Source: Yuukianura sp. NJ FZ-2021
Lineage: Eukaryota
Direction: 5' to 3'
NCBI GenBank assembly: GCA_046563655.1
Contig: JAJCTO010000009.1
Location: forward strand, 1,178,001-1,242,000
Length of the DNA stretch: 64,000 nt
Shown: positions 1 through 7,907 of the stretch, one piece after another
How the letters are laid out: the number at the start of each line of letters is the position of its first letter
Position numbering within the stretch: position 1 is the first letter of the stretch
The notes under the pieces: model-generated
What the model saw: the letters and a program-made list of their open reading frames with translations, nothing else
What the model was told of the DNA's origin: nothing
Database searches by the model: none
Program-made: the position numbers and the translations under genes

Positions 1-2049
1 AAATGTGAGAATGAACAGAAAGTAATATATATTTTTGAAATCCTCATTAAAAGTGCTACAGGAACCCACTTTCGCTTGCTGTGTCGTCCCTCATCTAGTT
101 ACCTTTATTTATGAAAATTTGTTTCAAAACAAATCATTCGAAAAACCTGCGCGCGGAGCGATGCCGGGTGAAAATGAGTTACTTTTCTGAAATGCTCCTG
201 AAAAGTACTACAGGAACCCAAGTTTATTTGGCGTGGATAGATCGCAATTAAATCTGGTTAGAGCGTACTTAAAAGTTTGAATGAACCGTTCTGCCTCGGA
301 TTTTATCTTGGGTTGGAATACGGCACCCAGGGCAATGTCGAGCACCATTTTGACGCAAAACGACTTAAATTTGTGAGAATCAACATGCAAATGTGAGAAT
401 GAACAGAAAGTAATATATATTTTTGAAATCCTCATTAAAAGTGCTACAGGAACCCACTTTCGCTTGCTGTGTCGTCCCTCATCTAGTTACCTTTATTTAT
501 GAAAATTTGTTTCAAAACAAATCATTCGAAAAACCTGCGCGCGGAGCGATGCCGGGTGAAAATGAGTTACTTTTCTGAAATGCTGCTGAAAAGAACTACA
601 GGAACCCAAGTTTATTTGGCGTGGATAGATCGCAATTAAATCTGGTTAGAGCGTACTTAAAAGTTTGAATGAACCGTTCTGCCTCGGATTTTATCTTGGG
701 TTGGAATACGGCACCCAGGGCAATGTCGAGCACCATTTTGACGCAAAACGACTTAAATTTGTGACAATGAACATGCAAATGTGAGAATGAACAGAAAGTA
801 ATATATATTTTTGAAATCCTCATTAAAAGTGCTACAGGAACCCACTTTCACTTGCTGTGTTGTCCCTCATCTAGTTACCTTTATTTATGAAAATTCATGT
901 TTCAAAACAAAGACTTCAAAAGAAATGCATTCCGGAGCGATGCTGGGTAAAAGTCAACTATATTTTTGAAACCTCATAAAAAGGGCTACAGGAACCCACT
1001 TTCACTTGCTGTGTCGTCCCTCATCTCGTGACTTTTTTATGAAAATTTGTTTCAAAACAAATCATTCGAAAAACCTGCACGCGGAGCGATGCCGGGTGAA
1101 AATGTGTTACTTTTCTGAAATCCTCCTGAAAAGTACTACAGGAACCCAAGTTTAATTGGCGTGGATAGATCGCAATTAAATCTGGTTAGAGCGTACTTAA
1201 AAGTTTGAATGAACCGTTCTGCCTCGGATTTTATCTTTGGTTGGAATACGGCACCCAGGGCAATGTCGAGCACCATTTTGACGCAAAACGACTTAAATTT
1301 GTGACAATGAACATGCAAATGTGAGAATGAACAGAAAGTAATATATATTTTTGAAATCCTCATTAAAAGTGCTACAGGAACCCACTTTCACTTGCTGTGT
1401 TGTCCCTCATCTAGTTACCTTTATTTATGAAAATTCATGTTTCAAAACAAAGACTTCAAAAGAAATGCATTCCGGAGCGATGCTGGGTAAAAGTCAACTA
1501 TATTTTTGAAACCTCATAAAAAGGGCTACAGGAACCCACTTTCACTTGCTGTGTCGTCCCTCATCTCGTGACTTTTTTTATGAAAATTTGTTTCAAAACA
1601 AATCATTCGAAAAACCTGCACGCGGAGCGATGCCGGGTGAAAATGTGTTACTTTTCTGAAATCCTCCTGAAAAGTACTACAGGAACCCAAGTTTAATTGG
1701 CGTGGATAGATCGCAATTAAATCTGGTTAGAGCGTACTTAAAAGTTTGAATGAACCGTTCTGCCTCGGATTTTATCTTGGGTTGGAATACGGCACCCAGG
1801 GCAATGTCGAGCACCATTTTGACGCAAAACGACTTAAATTTGTGAGAATCAACATGCAAATGTGAGAATGAACAGAAAGTAATATATATTTTTGAAATCC
1901 TCATTAAAAGTGCTACAGGAACCCACTTTTACTTGCTGTGTCGTCCCTCATCTAGTTAGTAGAATGTAAGGTAGGACAACAGCACCCTCCTATTTTTAGA
2001 ACAGCCACGGGGGTTAGTCGGCCGCAATATTGGGGAGGGAAAAAACTCA

Positions 2050-2170
2050 CAACGACAAAAAATGTCGTCAACAAAAAAGTCGACAACAAAAATGTCGACA
2101 AAAAAAAAAGATCGAAAACAAAAAATGTCGACAAAAAATGTCGATAACAAAAAAGTCGACAACAAAAAAC
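2050..2170 (+). repeat. ~14-16-bp degenerate tandem repeat of GTCGAC plus A-tract within the TIR
   Basis: Repeated (t/a)gtcgacaa(c)aaaaa units; mirrored at ~7695-7815. Confidence 0.85.
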
Positions 2171-2200
2171 AAGTAGTGAAATTTTTGTATAGAAAATTCG

Positions 2201-2342
2201 AACATTGACTCTAGCCTAGTGTCTAAGTGCTTGTAACTACTTCTCTACGGCCGCTGGTTCGAATACCACACGGGTCAACGCTTGTGGTTAAGAAGTTACA
2301 AGTACTTAGATACAAGACTGGGGTCAATGTTATTATTTTTTT
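2201..2342 (+). ncRNA. Putative Pol III tRNA-like/VA-like hairpin RNA in left TIR
   Basis: A-box-like TAGCCTAGTG 2212-2221; B-box GGTTCGAATAC 2256-2266; 38-bp stem 2201-2238/2294-2331 with 4 G-U pairs; T7 run at 2336-2342. Confidence 0.6.
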
Positions 2343-2690
2343 ATTTATTTTTAGTTAAGGATTGAGTTCTTGGAAAAATATCTTTTCTCAACATTATTTT
2401 TATGGTGTTAAGCAAATTTCAGCTTTTGACATTTTTTGTTAAATTGTATAATCTACTTTAGTAGTAGCAGTTTTGGCATTTGAATAAATTCAAACTATCC
2501 CCCAATATTTTAAAAGATGGCTACAGAGTACAAAGTATTCAAGCTGAAACGCTTGAACACCTCATGGCGACAGCGTTGGATTTATCCAGCCCAGTCCTGG
2601 GGGAGCCTTTGGCCGTGCGAGCCAGCCATTGGAAGCCAGCTTTTGGACGCCAGCCCTCAATTCGCATGAATTTTTAACGTAATATAACAA

Positions 2691-3112
2691 CTTCACTGCA
2701 TAATACAATGGTCTCTCTACATAATACAATGACGTCTCTGCATAATACAATGGCCTCTCTGCATAATACAATGGCCTCTCTGTATAATACAATGGTCTCT
2801 CTGCATAATACAATGGCCTCTCTGCATAATACCATGGCCTCTCTGCATAATACCATGGCCCAGTTGTATAATACCACAACGTCATTACATAATGCCGAGT
2901 TTATTCTGTACAACATAGCGAGTTTGCGAGAGTAAAGTCAGACTTGGTATTTGTATAATACCATGGTCACATTGTATAATACCATGCTCACGTTGTATAA
3001 TACCATGGTCACGTTGTATAATACCATGGTCACGCTGTATAATACCATGGTCACGTTGTATAATGCCATGGTCACGTTGTATAATACAATAACCTCACTG
3101 CATAATACAACA
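2691..3112 (+). repeat. Two 21-bp minisatellite arrays (cataatacaatggcctctctg; tataataccatggtcacgttg)
   Basis: 21-bp periodicity gives heptad pseudo-ORFs (SLHNTMA; TLYNTMV); mirrored at ~5720-5851 and ~6020-6210. Confidence 0.92.
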
Positions 3113-3179
3113 TTTTTTGTCAATTTTACATCCAACCACCACCACCACCACAACCCCAACGTGCCCACCCATGCAAAAG

Positions 3180-3215
3180 TATAAATAGCGACGTTGACTT
3201 GCTCATCTCTCAGTT
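3180..3215 (+). promoter_or_regulatory. TATA box plus Inr core promoter for the ATPase gene
   Basis: TATAAATA 3180-3187, TCAGTT 3210-3215 (about -32 spacing), ATG at 3268. Confidence 0.7.
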
Positions 3216-3267
3216 TCATTTCAGACGTTGAGCTGTGAAGACGTGAAGAATCTGTGGACTATACATC

Positions 3268-4077
3268 ATGGATACCAGTACAGCGTGCGATATTTGCTGC
3301 AGACAATTCTCACGAACGGACGCATTGAAACGACACAAGTTAACTTGTCATAGTAGCGTCGCAGTATCGAAAATGCTTCAGGTATGCATGAATCAGCGGG
3401 AAAAATCTACTATGTTTCGACATGTACACTCTGGGAAAAAGTTTGACCCGCACTTGTTTGCACCGTTTACTATGTGCATCAGTGGAATGACTCAGAGCGG
3501 CAAAAGCACCCTTGTGAAGCAAATACTTCTACGACGAAACGAAATTATCGAGACTAATATTGACGAGCCATTGGAACGTATCATGTATTGCTACACTGAG
3601 TCCTACGCTGTTTGGAGAATTGAAGACCAAGATTCCAACTATACAATTTCATCGTGGGCTCCCTGAAAAATGGCATGACGGAACCGACAAGCCGTCAGTC
3701 GTCGTCCTTGACGATTTGATGCATGAAGCAGGCAAAAACGGAGAAGTTGGAGCTGCGTTCACAAGGACTTCGCATCACCGCAACGTATCTCTCATCATTC
3801 TTGTGCAAAACTTTTTCACAGGAATATGAAAGAAATCACGTCAAACTGTCACTACATTGCTCTAATGAAGAATCCGCGAGACTCTCAATTTGTAGCTTGT
3901 CTTGGACGTCAAATGAATGGAGGAAAGAAGAATACAACCATGGAAGAAGCCTACAAGGAATGCATGTCAAAGCAATATGGATATCTATTCATCGATTTAA
4001 CTCAACGACAAAATGATTTGTTTCGCATTAGAGATAATATATTTCCTGAAAATTGTCGAATCTATGCTAATGAATGA
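3268..4077 (+). pseudogene. A32-like (FtsK/HerA superfamily) DNA packaging ATPase with N-terminal C2H2 zinc finger; two frameshifts (~3600, ~3822)
   Basis: CDICCRQFSRTDALKRHKLTCH (C2H2); Walker A PFTMCISGMTQSGKS; Walker B VVVLDDLM; FTRTSHHRNVSLIILVQNFF; KNPRD; YGYLFIDL, all typical of Polinton ATPases. AATAAA at 4081. Confidence 0.9.
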
Positions 4078-4174
4078 ATGAATAAACACACTACACGGTA
4101 GAAGTTCTATTTTCAAGTTTTTTATTTTGAAAATTTGGAATCTAACGAATATACAGTCATAAAGGTGTATAATT

Positions 4175-5549
4175 CTACGAAATTACGCTAGTGAGAAACT
4201 CTCCAAGTATTGGTAATGCGGCAGCGAGAAGAGCTGGCAGGAACCCACCGTGCTGTATAAGTAGTTTTTCTTGTCTTCAATCGATCCTTTAGCTTCTGCA
4301 ACACGTTTAATCTTATATCGATGCGGTCTCAAGATATTTTTGACGGTGGCCTCAATAGGAATGTTGCCCTGGATTACGTCCTGAACACATTTGTGTAACC
4401 CAAGAATTTGACCAGGAGACGCTGTGGAGAGAAGTGTCTCGCGTATAATAGGGGAGTGTTGGTTCATCTGGTGGAGAAATTGATAATGTCGTATGGGACC
4501 TGGTGATGGTTTAGCTCCTCCAGTTTGTCTATACTCTTCTCCCCCTTCTTCATCCCTTTCGTCTTCCTCGTTTTCCTCCTCTTCTTCTACTTCTTCTCCT
4601 ACTTCTTCTTCTACTTCTTCTTCCCCTTCTTCATCCCCCTCGTCTTCCTTTCCACGTGCGGGTGATTTCTAGAAAGCAATTTAGGTTCATCTCGAACGAG
4701 CAAGCCTCGGTGGCTGATCGGAAGCAGATATTTTGGAATGCCTGTCTGAATCATAAAGTCTACGATGACAGGAATCATTTGTCTTGTCAACTTATATCTT
4801 CCATCCGCAAGTTTTCGTATTCCCTCCTCGAACTCGCTCCTGGGTATGTTGGCATCACCCAGACTAACGCTATTGTTCGCAAAGGTTGCACCATTTGTTA
4901 CAAAAAATTGTGCTAGCTGTTTTCCAACAGCTGAAAACTGGTCCAGAGTAAACGGTGGAGTTGTCGGTGCTGCTGTCGGCGTTTCGTCTTTCGCTATTTG
5001 CGATTCTTTTTTAAATCTCTTGGAAAATGGCATCTCGAGCGCGTCATTCGGCTTTACCACAGTATTTGACCAACCTTTCGTTGGATTTTCTGACCAGGTC
5101 GTAATTCGGTCATATCTGTCTTCGGTTTTTCTGGCTGACTTTTCCGGTCCACCATCCCATCCAGTAAAGTGACTTGTAGACATATCATTCAACCGCCTAT
5201 CGTTTACAACGTTCACATTGACGTAGCCTTCCCTTTGCTTCCGTTGATTTTCCCAGTTCTGGCGTAATTCCGTTTGCATCATATGATTCTGAAGTTCGAT
5301 TGGAATGTTGTTCCCAGAATCTCGCGAATTACGCTCATGAAGCTCCATTGGTCCACGGCTCTGAGACATGTTCATTGTATGTTGCTGTAAGTATTGTACG
5401 GGTTTAGTATCAGGCAAAAAACCATCATGGATTTGCTTTTCTCCAAAATAACTTTTGCAAGGGCTGATTTGCTGAGACTCGTATGTCTCAAGCTGATCCA
5501 GTAGACTGTTGTAGTCGTCTTCGTGAACAAGAATGTATTTTTGCGCCAT
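4175..5549 (-). CDS. Reconstructed ~458-aa virion core-like polyprotein: N-terminal MAQKYILV domain, acidic linker, C-terminal PW/pVII-like domain (two -1 A-run frameshifts)
   Basis: Adding one A at ~4667 and one at ~4267 joins the 330-aa ORF, an E-rich tract, RQTGG|A and ...QDVIQGNIPI...KKKLLIQHGG|FLPALLAAALPILGEFL*, the typical Polinton PW signature. Minus-strand AATAAA at 4121-4126. Confidence 0.7.
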
Positions 5550-5615
5550 GACTGTTAGCCTAACCGCTCCAGATGGTAAAATCTTTACGTCTTCACAGCT
5601 CAACGTCTGAAATGA

Positions 5616-5651
5616 AACTGAGAGATGACCAAGTCAACGTCGCTATTTATA
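5616..5651 (-). promoter_or_regulatory. Mirror TATA plus Inr promoter driving the minus-strand core gene
   Basis: Inverted copy of 3180-3215; ATG at 5549. Confidence 0.65.
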
Positions 5652-6457
5652 CTTTTGCATGGGTGGGCACGTTGGGGTTGTGGTGGTGGTGGTGGTTGGA
5701 TGTAAAATTGACAAAAAATGTTGTATTATGCAGTGAGGTTATTGTATTATACAACGTGACCATAGCATTATACAACGTGACCATGGTATTGTACAACGTG
5801 AGCATGGTATTATACAATGTGACCATGGTATTATACAACGTGACCATGGTATTGACGATGATCTGACTCTCGAAGGAAGGTTACCTGCGGGAAATAATTC
5901 CGAGGAAGAACTCTGCAAGGTGTAATCACGGAGTAAGTTCCCGTGACATTGACAAAGTCTGACTTTACTCTCGCAAACTCGCTATGTTGTACAGAATAAA
6001 CTCGGCATTATGTAATGACGTTGTGGTATTATACAACTGGGCCATGGTATTATGCAGAGAGGCCATGGTATTATGCAGAGAGGCCATTGTATTATGCAGA
6101 GAGACCATTGTATTATACAGAGAGGCCATTGTATTATGCAGAGAGGCCATTGTATTATGCAGAGACGTCATTGTATTATGTAGAGAGACCATTGTATTAT
6201 GCAGTGAAGTTGTTATATTACGTTAAAAATTCATGCGAATTGAGGGCTGGCGTCCAAAAGCTGGCTTCCAATGGCTGGCTCGCACGGCCAAAGGCTCCCC
6301 CAGGACTGGGCTGGATAAATCCAACGCTGTAGCCATGAGGTGTTCAAGCGTTTCAGCTTGAATACTTTGTACTCTGTAGCCATCTTTTAAAATATTGGGG
6401 GATAGTTTGAATTTATTCAAATGCCAAAACTGCTACTACTAAAGTAGATTATACAAT

Positions 6458-7309
6458 TTAACAAAAAATGTCAAAAGCTGAAATTTGCTTAACACCATAA
6501 AAAATAATGTTGAGAACTGTATCATCAGAGTATGACGATTGACGATACATGTTAAGATGGACCAGTCTAAAGTGCTCGTTAAAGTCATGGTTTGGAGTAC
6601 GTCTTTGGTTGTTAATTTGAATTTGTTGATGTTTGGTAACGTCCAGCACATGCTTCGAGTAGGCTAGATTTAAAATGAAAGACTCTGGCGATAAATAGCA
6701 GGCAAATCGGTGAAACACGTTTGGTTTTTTGTATGGATGAACTTTCTTGTTCGTCTTTAAACCGGCAGCCTTGCCAATTGTTTCTTTAATTCTGTTGATA
6801 CGAGTGTTGAGAATTTTATCGCTTAGCTTTCTCATGTATTCACGTTTTGTCTCATGAATGAGCTCATCCAGATACTTTTCTGTGTATGAGGTCGGAAAGC
6901 AGCCACACTTTAGAAGGGATTCCACCAGAAGAGGAATGTCCATGATTTCGATGGGAAGTGGACGACCGCTACGTATGAGAAACACTCGATTCACATTGCA
7001 TGTGATGCAGTGGATAGGAAGAAGCGGTCGCTCCAGCTTTTCTTTGAGTGTTTGAAACTCTGCTGGTGACTGCTGACGAAATAACTTTAGGAATCCATTC
7101 TTGCGGTTAGTTGCCATGATTGTTTCAAAGTGTGGTAAATCCTTCATCATTTCCCCTGCGGCTATGTATGCTTTTACTAGCTTTTCCACCACGGTTGGCA
7201 GTTCCTCTGCTGTCAGAAGAATCGAATGTCCAGAAATCTTGACTGCGATGACATCTTCCATGTCAATAAACGGCTCCGAAACCTCCATGTATGACCTGAA
7301 TCCACGCAT
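6458..7309 (-). CDS. Hypothetical protein, 283 aa (element 1)
   Basis: Uninterrupted non-repetitive ORF with a TCAGTT Inr-like motif just upstream of the ATG; no family recognised. Confidence 0.65.
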   Translation of the reverse strand: MRGFRSYMEVSEPFIDMEDVIAVKISGHSILLTAEELPTVVEKLVKAYIAAGEMMKDLPHFETIMATNRKNGFLKLFRQQSPAEFQTLKEKLERPLLPIHCITCNVNRVFLIRSGRPLPIEIMDIPLLVESLLKCGCFPTSYTEKYLDELIHETKREYMRKLSDKILNTRINRIKETIGKAAGLKTNKKVHPYKKPNVFHRFACYLSPESFILNLAYSKHVLDVTKHQQIQINNQRRTPNHDFNEHFRLVHLNMYRQSSYSDDTVLNIIFYGVKQISAFDIFC

Positions 7310-7474
7310 GCTTATAGTTTGAGACTGGTTTCTGAACTGATGATTGCTAGTCTCAAAACTCGCTGTTTAAGTAGCTACTTGGACAACGTTTGAAATGCTA
7401 TTTTGAAATTTTTTCAAAAACGTTTTTTCTAAAGAAGTGTTATTTTGAGAACTTTTCAAGAAAAAACGTTTTTC

Positions 7475-7907
7475 TTGAGAAAAGACATTTTTCCAAGAAC
7501 TCAATCCTTAACTAAAAATAAATAAAAAAATAATAACATTGACCCCAGTCTTGTATCTAAGTACTTGTAACTTCTTAACCACAAGCGTTGACCCGTGTGG
7601 TATTCGAACCAGCGGCCGTAGAGAAGTAGTTACAAGCACTTAGACACTAGGCTAGAGTCAATGTTCGAATTTTCTATACAAAAATTTCACTACTTGTTTT
7701 TTGTTGTCGACTTTTTTGTTATCGACATTTTTTGTCGACATTTTTTGTTTTCGATCTTTTTTTTTGTCGACATTTTTGTTGTCGACTTTTTTGTTGACGA
7801 CATTTTTTGTCGTTGTGAGTTTTTTCCCTCCCCAATATTGCGGCCGACTAACCCCCGTGGCTGTTCTAAAAATAGGAGGGTGCTGTTGTCCTACCTTACA
7901 TTCTACT
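7475..7907 (-). repeat. Right outer TIR of element 1 (includes second copy of Pol III-like hairpin, 7535-7665, minus strand)
   Basis: Reverse complement of 1958-2391. Confidence 0.95.

Larger units (their letters stand above)
1958..2391 (+). repeat. Left outer TIR of element 1 (pairs with 7475-7907)
   Basis: Near-perfect reverse complement of 7475-7907, ~433 bp. Confidence 0.95.
2385..3249 (+). repeat. Inner inverted arm of element 1 (pairs with ~5582-6516)
   Basis: 2385-2945 is the reverse complement of 5955-6516, and ~2951-3249 of ~5582-5851. The ORF track shows identical or near-identical ORFs on opposite strands. Confidence 0.93.
1958..7907. mobile_element. Polinton/Maverick-type non-autonomous element (element 1), 5950 bp
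   Basis: Termini AGTAGAATGTAAGG...CCTTACATTCTACT; TSD TAGTT at 1953-1957 and 7908-7912 restores the satellite monomer; encodes an A32-like ATPase and a PW-like protein. Confidence 0.92.

Noticed and set aside
2205..2278. Bona fide tRNA gene
   Set aside because: A and B boxes are present, but no convincing anticodon arm or T-stem; embedded in a longer hairpin.
2691..3112. CRISPR-like array
   Set aside because: Contiguous tandem units without unique spacers; no cas genes; eukaryotic context.
2562..3219. Heptad-repeat ORFs (YYAERPL, LYNTMVT) and their mirrors at 5573-6332
   Set aside because: Open in several frames and strands because of the 21-bp minisatellite.
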